Assembly: GCF_006345805.1 (NCBI RefSeq) | Contig: NC_042998.1 | Span: 202,182,001 to 202,246,000, forward strand | Reading direction: 5' to 3' | Origin: Octopus sinensis | Lineage: Eukaryota | Length of the DNA: 64,000 nucleotides | Shown: piece by piece, positions 40,213 through 52,096 of the stretch | Layout: each line of letters begins with the position of its first letter | Numbering within the stretch: the stretch's first letter is position 1 | Program-made: the position numbers and the translations under genes | Notes under the pieces: model-generated | Told to the model about the DNA's origin: nothing | What the model saw: only the letters and a program-made list of their open reading frames with translations | The model's database searches: none

Positions 40213-40636
40213 TTGTACAAAATTTTTATCTTTTGCTCCAGATCAAATTGTATTCGTTGCGATATTATTTTGATAATAAAACCATGTGGTTCGGGTAAAA
40301 ATAATTGGATTTAACTAGTGCGTGCATGTAAATGTAGGCATATAATAGTGAAGATACGTTGTTCGTATGGTTATGTATAAATATTTGCATCTATATACTT
40401 TAGAAAATTGCATTAAAGACAGAAAGAGGTTTTACATCCCTAATCCAGGAATCGATATACAAATAATCAATTATTTTAAAAATCTCATTTATTCTTTCAT
40501 CAGCTCGCTTACAAACTGTGCTAAGGGAGTATAGACGTGGCTTTTACAGCCATTTAGCGTCTATTTCTAGTTTGTTGGTGGGGCTTACCACACTTTTTAT
40601 ATAATTATACTACATGATTATAAAGTAGCATACTCG

Positions 40637-40669
<33 letters not shown>

Positions 40670-40689
40670 TATATATGTGTGTGTGTGTC

Positions 40690-40879
40690 GCCACCATCAT
40701 AGATCGTTAGCCGCTACACACATATTTTTCTCTCCGTGTTTTTTCCGTGTCCCTTTCTGTAGAAGAGCGTAGGCTCGAAACGTAAAAGATTTTTCTATTC
40801 CTGAGCGTTATACTAATACATCTGTTTGCTTTGTACACCACCTGTCTTCGTTTATTGCTTTTTTCGTAAACTCTCCCTA
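40690..40879 (+). mobile_element. Hammerhead-like dispersed repeat, copy 2 (best-preserved scaffold)
   Basis: 40753-40788: CTTT-CTGTAGA-A-GAGC-gtag-GCTC-GAAAC-GT-A-AAAG. Confidence 0.78.
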
Positions 40880-41405
40880 TATATATATATATATGCATTT
40901 GGATATGTACGTATGCATATATATGTATATATGTGTGTGTGTGTATGAAAAATATTTATATACGTATATATTTCATAAATATTTGTGTGCGTGAGTATAT
41001 GCACGTTTATATTATATTAGGATTGTGATGTGACAAATCATAGCAAAACGCTTATTATTATTCTTAAAACGCGAAGCGCTTGGCAGCATTTCGTTCGTTT
41101 TTACGTTCTCAATTCGCATTCACCTCTTCGATGCCGATAAAATAAGTGTACTTGGGTCGGTGCAAGCGACTGTACTCTCCCCCTAAATTTCAGACCTTGT
41201 ACCTTTAATAGAAAGAAGTATTATTTTGTTGTTATTGTAATTATCATCTGAGACTCTTCGAATCTCATAATAGCACCATGCTTACCCGGCACTGAAGTAG
41301 GGAATATCACCACAGAGATACAGCTGATAGATGTTTTTGAACTCATAGCGACATAGTTGATCACACCATACTGGATGTGTGCTTTAGAAACAGTTTAAGA
41401 CTGAT

Positions 41406-41795
41406 AGGAGTGGCTGTGGGGTAAGTAGCTTGCTTACGAACCACATGTTGCCGGGTTCAGTTCCACTGCATCGCAGCTTGGGCAAGTTTCTTCTACTATA
41501 GCCTCGGGCTAACCAAAGCCGTGTGAGTGGATTTGGTAGACGGAAACTGAAATAAGCCAGTCGTATATCTATGTGTGTGTGTGTGTGTGTGTTTGTGTGT
41601 TTGTGTGTCTGTGTTTGTCCCCCAACATTGCATGACAACATATGCTGATGTGTTTACGTCCCCGTAACTTAGCGGTTCAACATAAGATTTCTTTCGAATA
41701 AGTATTAGGCTTACAAAGAATAAGTCGATTTGCTTGACTAAAGGCGGTGCTTCAACATGGCCGCAGTCAAATGACTGAAACAAGTAAAAGAGTAA
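41406..41795 (+). mobile_element. SINE family A
   Basis: Same head, core and tail as the 2867 copy, with small deletions. Confidence 0.9.
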
Positions 41796-42054
41796 ATTGC
41801 ATCGAATTCCTACAGTGATTCTTTGAAGGGTATGTAAGACCTCTAGACATTCGCATGGGTCTTGATATAATAAATTTCAGGTAAGAATTACACGTATTTG
41901 CACATCTATTGATGGCTTGCATCTGAAGTCTTGTAATTGGCTTCTTATTTTCACCCTAATTTCTCAAGCATCGTGAAGAAGTAAGTTACAAATCTAAGTG
42001 CCCTGATAATTACAGGTATAATTCTAAATTTGTAGCTCGAACATAGTATCTTCT

Positions 42055-42415
42055 TTTTAATTGTTTCAGCCAGAGACAGTGGCCATGCTGGGGCACCAGC
42101 TTCAAGAATTTTAGAAGAAAGAATAGACACCAATACTTATATGGTTGTTGTAAGCTGTTATTTACTCCACCGCCACTTTATTTCGAACCGCTGAACAATA
42201 GAATCGTAAATACACCAAAACTGGTTGTTAACTGGTTGCGAGGGGGGCCTCATAGACACAAACACACATATGTATACATACAAGAGGCTTCTTTCAGTTT
42301 CCGTTTACCAAATCATCTGACAAGATTTTGGTCGGGTCAGGGCTATAGTAAAAGTGACTTGCCCAAGGTACCAAAGCAGTGGGAGTGTACCCGGAACCAT
42401 GTGGTCAGGAAAAAT
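42055..42415 (-). mobile_element. SINE-A-related older subfamily copy
   Basis: Reverse complement contains CTTGGGCAAGTCACT..CTATAG..TGGTAAACGGAAACTGAAAGAAGCC and tail GGTGCCCCAGCATGGCC..CTGAAAC. Confidence 0.75.
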
Positions 42416-42599
42416 CTTCTATATTTCATTATATTGGCCATAAGGCCTTACACGGAGAAAGGAAGCTGCGGGCTGGACGTAGACACAATGTTATATCAAA
42501 TGAAAATGATGATTAATGGGGGAAAACACGATGCCCGCCAATCGATTTGATCTCTTTTATATTATTCATGAGGCAACACATCTCTGCACTGTTCACAAT

Positions 42600-43800
42600 A
42601 ATCAATAATAAAATTCACTAACAAAATGAGGCGCTAAGCCTCTTACCTTTCTTTCCAAACTCGGAACTTTCAATAACACCGAGGCTTTTCAACATATTAT
42701 CACTATTCCTCCTCAACATGGCTTGTGCCCGCATACTACGCCATCACCCACGCCTTATTCAAGATCAAAGCGGGAGCCGGGTCGACATCGTCAGGGTACA
42801 AGCGATACTCCTCGTTGCGTGCCTTCAGCCTATACGTCACGTCCAACGTTATGAACTCCACAGCTATCTACGGAGGCCATTCGGGATCCTGTGTGCAGGC
42901 TAAAGGTGCTCCCTTATGGTGCTTTTCCACCACATTTGACAAGGCGGTGAGCCGGCAGAAACGTTAGCACGCCGGGCGAAATGCTTAACGGTATTTCGTC
43001 TGCGTTACGTTGTAAGTTCAAATTCCGCCGAGGTCGACTTTGCCTTTCATCCTTTCGGGGTCGATAAATTAAGTACCAGTTACGCACTGGTGTCGATGTA
43101 ATCGACTTAATACCTATGTCTGTCCTTGTTTGTCCCCTCTGTGTTTAGCCCCTTGTGGGTAATAAAGAAATAGGTGCTTTTCCACCACATCTTCTACCTC
43201 TCCGTCTCTATAGAAAAAGACCAATAATTCGTCTTCCTCCGGGGTGGGATATCCAATTCTACCGTTGGTGGCACAGTTCCCGCCAACGGTATCTCTTCCC
43301 CTGCCGCTAGCACAACCCCACCCGACGAGGTTCCGACTGCCGGAAATATCTTGTTTATTTCCTCTTTCAACTGAGGGAGGGTGCGTCACCTCTGTGACCG
43401 GGAGATTCGCCACCCCTTCCTCATCCCTAGGATCATTCGGTGAGCACCCATTGTTGCTCACCTTCTTCCTCTGGCGTCCCTTCTTTGAGGAGTCCTCCGT
43501 CTCCTCGTCCACCTTGCTTCCCTCTTCTACAGAGGTCTCAATCAACTGCTCCCGCACCTTACTTTGTTCCTGGGGACAGTTTTTCTTTTTATGGCCAGGC
43601 TCCAGGTACCGATGACACCTGGGAGGGGGTCGACCCTCAAGAATCACCAGGTAGTTGCACCGGCCATTTTTTTTAAATCTGGAAAAAATCAAGCAGGCTG
43701 ATTGGGTCCAAAGCATCAAAGCAGCTTTTGACCCAACCCAATCAGCCGCAGGAAAAACTTTCACATTAAGGAGCTTGGCATCGCTGCCACCCAGACCGGG
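42600..43800 (-). mobile_element. Gag-like ORF1 remnant (L1/Tx1-like) interrupted by a SINE-B insertion
   Basis: VILEGRPPPRCHRYLEPGHKKKNC is a degenerate CX2CX4HX4C knuckle followed by a K/E-rich linker; the frame continues DVVEKH|HKGAPL once the SINE is removed. Confidence 0.6.
42936..43172 (+). mobile_element. SINE family B with exact 18-bp TSD
   Basis: GGTGCTTTTCCACCACAT at 42918-42935 and 43173-43190. Confidence 0.95.
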
Positions 43801-44095
43801 GAATTTATATAGAATGTACATTCTATACAAATTCCCTATGGGAAATGAACATCTTGAAGAGAATCTTACATTGCTTATAAACTTTACGTCTGGAAGGATT
43901 CATATTAAACGCTGTTGGACTTTTGGATTTTACTCAGAGGATATTGGAATATTACACATATATACCATTATGCATATAAAGCGGATTTATGAACTCAATA
44001 ACCATACATATCTTACATCTATTTTCTTTCCTCCACCTCACTCTCTATTTGTATCACATCGAAACTAACTATGACTTAATTTTTCCTCTCACACC

Positions 44096-44146
44096 GTCTC
44101 CGATGAAGGGATATTTTAATTAATATCCAAGAAACAGATGTAAGAC
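44096..44146 (+). ncRNA. Degenerate minimal hammerhead motif in a probable Penelope-like 3' end (about 43840-44190)
   Basis: GTCT-CCGATGA-ag-GGATATT-ttaatt-AATATCC-aa-GAAAC-agat-GT-A-AGAC; stem I 4 bp and stem II 7 bp perfect, U4 changed to C. Confidence 0.55.
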
Positions 44147-44198
44147 ATTCTATCTATAAACGCTCTAATATCTATACAGCCTTGGTTTATATATATAT

Positions 44199-44248
<50 letters not shown>

Positions 44249-44392
44249 GAATATAAATATATGTACATATATGTATATATGTGTGTGTATGTATGAATCT
44301 ATATATCTATGTATATGAGTATGCATATAATTATAGATATATATATTATATATAAATACGGAGAAATTATACTTAATATATTATTCTTAGTA

Positions 44393-44910
44393 TCTATATA
44401 TATAAAACTGTAGTTGTGTGAGGGTCTGTCTCCTACGATTTAGATTCCTAACTCCTCCCACATTTTGCGGTGCAGTTTAACCAAATTCGGGTATCTTATA
44501 GTCGTGATTAATATTGAGCCCGTCTGAGTATTAGCGCGCGTCTACGATGAGTCTACGATTTTTAAAATAATTTAACATCATTTTTTATTCCATTTTAAAG
44601 CATAATTTTTCGTGTGTCGATGGCGGCGGAGTTGGCGTCCACGCTCAAACACCTGCACCTGCGTTTGCTTCTCCCCCCTTCTTCCCTCCCTCGTGAAGCT
44701 GTGGGGAAGGGAGTTTAAGAAAATCAACGTCGTAATGCGTTGTCAAGGAGACCAGCGTTCTTTTAGAACAACGACTTCATGGCTTGAAGACACCAAAACA
44801 GAAATGGCTAAGAAAGCCCGAATTGGCATCTATAAGGGAAGTAACTCTCTAAAAATGCTCATATAGTTATTTCCCTTACAAACCCGAGCAACGCCGGGCG
44901 ATACTGCTAG
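44393..44910 (+). mobile_element. Non-autonomous Helitron (518 bp) with canonical termini
   Basis: A|TC 5' end at 44393; 3' hairpin CCCG-agcaacgc-CGGG, then CGATACTG-CTAG|T at 44910; no TSD. Confidence 0.85.
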
Positions 44911-45220
44911 TATATATATAGATATATGCACAAAGACACACACACACACACATATGAATATACATATATAGACAAACATGTAAACGTATATACATATATA
45001 CGAGTGTGTATATATATATATGCATGTATGTATATATAAATATAGGTAGATAGACAGATAAATAGCCATGTATTAATTTTAAGTAATAATTATAAATATA
45101 TATATTATATATATATTATATATATATATATATATATAATATATATATATATTACATTTACAGATAAATTCCTCTACTTACATAATATCGAGGTTTCCTT
45201 CATTCTTTTGTTGTCTTATC

Positions 45221-45264
<44 letters not shown>

Positions 45265-45712
45265 GCAAAGAGAGACACGTAGTCAGAGAGAAAGTTAGTA
45301 AAGAATCTAAAATTGATGTTTACAATGAGATTACTTAAGAAACAATTTCTTCTGTCCTGCTTAAAACAATTTCATATTACACGCATTAAATGATATGTGG
45401 TTACACCGGATTCATAACCTCTTGAGAGATATCAATTTAAACTATATTCTTAATACTTCCATTAGGTTAGTTCAATACCTACATTACATCTATTAATTTG
45501 CTTATAGAAATATATAATATATAATTTACAGAAATACACACATACGTACACACATACAAAAATGCAAATACATACCCATGCATATAAGATAGATGATTAA
45601 TGGACACATAGGTAGATACATAGATAGATGGATAGAGAGATAGATAGATAGGTACGCAGATAGATGTGTAAGTATATAGAGAACATGTTATATATTAGAT
45701 GAATATCTACGT

Positions 45713-45754
<42 letters not shown>

Positions 45755-45756
<2 letters not shown>

Positions 45757-46065
45757 CACCGTGATCACCGTAACAGACCATGCTATGAGATGTTGCTACA
45801 CATCGCTGGTCACAATGCGCTTCGCATTGTTTTAGCCTTCAAATGACGCGAACCAGTTGGTTAAGCGAGCAGGCCGGCAGAAGAAAGAGTGAGAGAAAGT
45901 TGTGGCGAAAGAGTACAGCAGGGATCGCCACTATCCCCTGCCTGAGTCTCGTGGAGTTTTAGGGAGTTTTCGCTCAATAAACACTCACAACCCCCGATCT
46001 GGGAATCGAAACTGCGATTCTACAACAGCAAGTCGCTGCCGTAATCACTGAGCCAATGCGCCTCC
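45755..46065 (-). mobile_element. SINE family C variant with a different 3' tail
   Basis: Head and body match the 35661 and 55112 copies up to CTCTCACTCTTTCTTC, then an unrelated tail GGCTAAAACAATGCGAAGCGCATTGTGACCAGCGATGTG. Confidence 0.85.
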
Positions 46066-46070
46066 ACACA

Positions 46071-46116
<46 letters not shown>

Positions 46117-46170
46117 AATGAATGTATGTATGTATGTATGTATGTATGTATGTATGTATGTATGTATGTT

Positions 46171-46282
46171 TACCACTTGTTATAATCGGAGCCACTGCTC
46201 CATAGCCACCAGTAACTCACTATTAATCTATAATGAGTTACTGGCGGTTTTGGTGCAATGGCTCCGAATATAGCAAGGGGTA
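46171..46282. other. 112-nt imperfect palindrome (49-nt arms, 14-nt loop); MITE or pre-miRNA-like hairpin
   Basis: TACCACTTGTTATAATCGGAGCCACTGCTCCATAGCCACCAGTAACTCA pairs with TGAGTTACTGGCGGTTTTGGTGCAATGGCTCCGAATATAGCAAGGGGTA. Confidence 0.8.
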
Positions 46283-46659
46283 TTTAAATACCCTACTGAA
46301 TTTAAATTTAGCTTATATTTTGTCTGTAAAGGTGCAAACCTGCTAGCCACCTTATTATTATCATTAATAACGGTAAGAATACCACTTTATTCAAATTTAT
46401 ATTGGCTCATGGTAGTTTTATTTTAAATGTCGCAGGGAATTTTCAAGTAAAGAACGCACACGAGGTAACGTGATGAATATTTCTGAATATCCTAGAGAAT
46501 GTTTGTCATACAGCTGAAGAAAGTAATTGATATAGAAATATACATCCCTTAGGTATGTATTCCACGCAAGCTTCTCCTATGTTCATTGCATTGCCGTGTG
46601 TATCTGTGTATCTTAATAGTGAGTTACTGGTTGTCTTGGGGCAATGACTCTTATTGTAA

Positions 46660-46702
46660 CAAGTGTATGTATATATATATATATATATTATATATATATA
46701 TA

Positions 46703-46742
<40 letters not shown>

Positions 46743-46815
46743 TATATATTATATATATATATATATATTTGTATATATATATATATATATATATGTATAT
46801 GTGTGTGTGTGTATG

Positions 46816-46846
<31 letters not shown>

Positions 46847-46949
46847 GTGTATGTGTGTATATATATATATTATATATATATATATTATATATATATACAT
46901 ATATGTACACACACATATATATGTATATATACATATATATATATACCTA

Positions 46950-47013
<64 letters not shown>

Positions 47014-47050
47014 ATATTTATATATTATATATAATGTGTATGTGTGTGTT
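46660..47050. repeat. Degenerate (TA)n/(TG)n compound microsatellite
   Basis: Read directly from sequence. Confidence 0.95.
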
Positions 47051-49544
47051 AAATATCGAATTACACCTCTCCTATATTGATTCATTTCTATTTATTTTTT
47101 TATTCTTCTTTCATTACACTTATGTAACTTATTACGTGCTTAAAGACTATATGTTAGAGAACTCTTACAGAACTGCATTGAAATACATCTCATAATGTAT
47201 TCGGAAACCATTTAAAATATTACTTCATCTTTCAAGTATAATTTCGAAAGATATTCATCAGTTGAAATCTTTTCTGTATTGAATTAAAGTTATTTATTTC
47301 ATTCGCATTTCAATTTACCAAAATTTAATTGCTGCCGTCTATGATATTAAATTATTATGCAAGAAATTTGCGTACTCTCTAAGAATTACTTGCAGACAAT
47401 CAGTCGCCGAGGCGATAATAAATATCAGCGAAAATTATAGCACAGTGATACAAAGGATTTATGTTCGAATGACATATCACCTGCACTCGGTTTGCTAGAA
47501 AACTTTTCCTATTTTAATACAAATCAAATGATATCATTTAACAGAAAGTTATGAAGAATACATTGTATACTATAGTTCTTGTCATACAAGGCTATAAAAG
47601 ATGTGGACGTTTCCATTTGTGTTCGTTCTCTCTGGAAAATATTGTGTATCCAATTTATAAAAAAATTAATAAGCCCGAGAGATGAATTCAAGACCCTACG
47701 GGGAATGATCCACTATGGCCAAAAATTATGACAATGAACCAGAATAAGACAAGACAGTTTTAACCTTCTATATAGGAGATGGGGAAATATTGGAATAAGA
47801 TGAGTCCCTCTCCAGGAAGATCTATAATGATTCAGGCCTAGGATTAGCAACGAAAGTGAGAGGTTTTATCAGAGTGCAACATGGCAGTAAATTGAGAATT
47901 GTGCATCAATATAGGCGTTGAAACCTTCACAGATTCTTTGAGATTGTTACGTAACGGGAAGGCACCAAGTCTACTTGGGTTTATATTATCTACATAGTTT
48001 TACTTATTTTGCTTCTTCGATGTTCTCTTTCCTATAGTTTTCTACTCTCATCTTTCCTTGAAGCGTTTGATCTATAATGTAGCCAAAAAATTCAGTTGTG
48101 TTCGTGATCCCTCTACCTGGAGGAGAAATGTTCCTCACTTAACATTTCATATCTTAAAAAGAGGGTATATTGTATGGAATACTACCGAACAAATTACATT
48201 TGGAAACACGAATTAGTAGACATAAAACAAATAGACATGAGTTTAAATTATTGTTTGAATAACAATGTCGACAGTTTAGACAACGCTTACTTCAAATCCG
48301 ACACTACTTGCACATCTAACTTGTTGCCATGGACACGAACGGATTGAGAAATCACTAGAACAACCAAAAAAGATAATTGCTTTCAATGAAAATTTATATG
48401 ATTCTTTTCATAGCTATAAGAAGGAAAAATGGTTGCAGATAATTTGCTTCTTCTTATTTACCATCTGATAAAATATTTCTCTGCAAATCGTTTTAAATAT
48501 TACAAAGCAAAATTAATTCTACATTACGTGATTTCAGAATATACGTTAAATAGAGAGTTCAAAAGTGAGAAATAATGATAATTATTGCAACAGTTTACTG
48601 AAATGTGTTTGCGAAAATATACATCGATAAATTCAATTAAAGAATTTACATACGTAAATATGTTATGGCCAACGCATATAGATATTTTCATATTTTCGTC
48701 TCAGTTGGATAATATTTATTCTGTAGTTAAATAGAACAAACAAATCAACCGTTATTGAGAATGTCAGTTAAATGTATACAATTTTACGAGCAGGAATTCT
48801 TTTAAGTTAATGCCGTATTAGAACTTAGCTGTTAACGTTAAAATTTGAAATAAGTGGAAACCAAGACCTATCACACGATGAGTTCAGAATAATGTCATGA
48901 GCAGAAAAAGGATTGTGCCATAAGTTGAGGGATTGATGGCAGGCGGAAACCTATGCGATAGAAGAAAACTGCAAACATCGAAAAGTGAAATACCAGAAAA
49001 CATAAAACTTAACACATGTTTATTACCGCAAAGAAATTTATAATTAGTGAGACATGTAGAGCGGATGCTGCTAAGTAAATATGAGGAGGGATACAGATTT
49101 CCCTGCACTATTAGAGCAAAATTAGCTCGGAAAGCCTTCGTGTCACATTGGAATTTAAAAAAATAGCACACCAGTCAAGAGTGGAATATATCTGCTGTCA
49201 TATCCTTACATATACGAATCTAGAAATTTAGGATTGTCGATTTTAATTTTCCTACTCCCTATATGAAAAAGTAGCAGTCATATACACGATGCTAACAACA
49301 ATTCGCCCCAAACATTCGTAATCTAAAATACAAGAATTTTTTTTAAAGTAGACATTTTTACATGCTACAACTAACAACTAATTTTGCCTTCAAATATAGA
49401 CCAGAGCCTTAGAATTTTAAAAAATCAGTTCGTAGGGACATAATAAAAAATTGCTGTGATGGTTACCAGTAGAATACCATTTGATTATATTATACCTGAA
49501 CCGACCTGGGAGTTCTAAGCAAAATAACTGCAACATCAGCAATA

Positions 49545-49782
49545 CCTATTTCTTTACTACCCAGAAGGGGCTAAACACAGAGAGGACAAACAAGGACAGA
49601 CAAACGGATTAAGTCGATTACATCGAGCCAAGTGCGTAACTGGTACTTAATTTATCGACCTCGAAAGGATGAAAGGCAAAGTAAACCTCGGCAGAATTTG
49701 AACTCAGAACGTAGCGGCAGACGAAATACTGCTAAGCATTTCGCCCCCCGCCGTGCTAACGTTTCTGCTAGCTCGCCGCCTT
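49545..49782 (-). mobile_element. SINE family B with a probable 13-bp TSD (2 mismatches)
   Basis: Family sequence; flanks AACATCAGCAATA and AACAGCAGCACTA. Confidence 0.9.
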
Positions 49783-50527
49783 AAACAGCAGCACTATCAC
49801 TACCAAGTAATGACTTTTCGATAAAATTTGCATCTCATATTTTGCTGCTGACTGATATTCACATGTGATGTTAAAACTTATCTAATCTCTTTCATAGTAA
49901 AAACAAAAGGAACCACCCACGCTACAACCTCACATATAAATTAAATATAGACAGTGAAAAAGAAAAAAATCACATGTAATACTCTCGCGTACATTATAAC
50001 ACTGTGATACAGGCACAATAAATCACGTATAAGCACGCACTAAGACACGCAGACATCAAACCGAACACATTGATATAGGTACACATAATGAAACACACAC
50101 AATAAGGAATGTTCATTAAAACTCAACAGATAAATCAAGACATTGAAACACAATTACATACACTTTAAAACACTCATTAAGATACACATGTATCAAAAGA
50201 CGCATATAAAGAAATATTGATTCTTTAACAAACGCAATTAAATTGAAAACACATACATTAAATCAGACATACAGATACACAGAGAAACACACACAGTCGT
50301 CATTAAAACATATACACGAGCTCAATAAAAACACAGACTATAAAATAAGTACTTTAAAATACAACCCACATATTCAGGCAGGATTTATATAATGACACTC
50401 TAAGAAAAATTACAGATACACAGCAAATGACACACTGCAACTCAACACAGGCACGCACACACACACACTCACTCACACACACACTCACTCACACACTCAC
50501 TCACACACACACGCACACACATACACG

Positions 50528-50558
<31 letters not shown>

Positions 50559-51290
50559 ACACATCACACATACACACAAACAAACACAGTGTGATATTCA
50601 AAGAGAATAGAATGCGATACTAACAAGCAAACTGATAATTGATTAACATTTCAATATATAGTCTCATCCTCCTCCTCCTTTCTCGGTTTCCACTTCTTCC
50701 TCGTCTTATAATTGTTGTAATTATTATTATTATTAGTATTATTATTGTTATCAATGCTGTTGTTGTTGTTATATACATTGTTGTTGTTGGTGTTGTTGCC
50801 TTTGTTGTGTAACTCGAAGTCGTTGTTTGACAATGTTAAGACAGAGATGTATGGGTGCTGAATATATTTAACAGGAAAGAGGAAATTTTCTAAGATTTTA
50901 ACTATTTCAGGCAAACTTACAATAAATTCAAATGAAACCACTTAAAAGTGTCTGCTCCTGCATAGTCTTGGTGATCATGGCTAAGAAAACTAAAGAATTT
51001 GACCACTCGTTGTTGGGTTTCTTCGATTCGATATCTTAAGTAGAATATTACCAAGAAATATTTATTATCAGTACTAACACGCTTTCCTTCATCTTCTTTC
51101 TTCATTATTCTCTTCTATTGTATTCTGGAATTGGTAAATTAAATACTACGAACCCGTACATACACGCAAGCGAACACAAGCCCGTACACCCACCTCATTT
51201 ATATCTGTATTAATACATGCATATAATAATAGTAACGATAATAATGATAATATAATAATAATAATAATAATAATAATGATAATAATAATA

Positions 51291-51339
<49 letters not shown>

Positions 51340-51920
51340 TCACAGACATGACAGAGTTGGAACCTACATACATTGGAAGCTATGCCAACATTATGGAATA
51401 ACAACAGAAAAAAGATGGTATAGGCACACACCAGAAAAGGTCACAGAAAACGAGAAAGCAACCATACTCTGGGATATGCCGATACACACAGATAGAGAAA
51501 TTAAGGCCAACAGACCAGATATAGTTGTCAGAGATCATGAAGAAAAAAAATGCTTTCTAATTGATGTACAATACCGGCTGATGACAACGTGTCTCTAAAA
51601 GAAATGGAGAAACTCTCAAAATACAAAGACCTGGAAATAGAGGTAACTAGAATGTGGAATCTGAAAACAAAACAATTCCTATCATAGTAGGTGCATTAGG
51701 CATGATAAAAAAATATTCAGACAAATACATAACAAAAACACCAGGACTTACAAACACATATAACATACAGAAAATTGCACTACTAGGCACTGCACACATC
51801 CTACGCAGAACACTTTCCATACAATAACCATCAGAGCATCACACAAATCACAGCACATACCCAAGGCACACAGAGCTGCGCTCGGTAGTGAAGTGAAAGC
51901 ACACTATAAAAATAAAACTA

Positions 51921-51925
<5 letters not shown>
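51340..51925 (+). mobile_element. 5'-truncated RLE-type (R4/Dong/HERO-like) non-LTR retrotransposon embedded in (AAT)n
   Basis: RHDRVGTYIHWKLC..ILWDMPIHTDREIKANRPDIVV..LIDV..KEMEKLSKYKDLEIEVTRMW..IPIIVGALG..IQKIALLGTAHILRRTL*; PD..D RLE motif, about two 1-bp frameshifts; (AAT)n on both sides. Confidence 0.88.
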
Positions 51926-51966
<41 letters not shown>

Positions 51967-51985
51967 TAATAATAATAATATTAAA

Positions 51986-52032
<47 letters not shown>

Positions 52033-52040
52033 TAATAATA

Positions 52041-52095
<55 letters not shown>
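51925..52095. repeat. (AAT)n microsatellite; another tract at 51230-51340
   Basis: Read directly from sequence. Confidence 0.97.
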
Positions 52096-52096
<1 letters not shown>

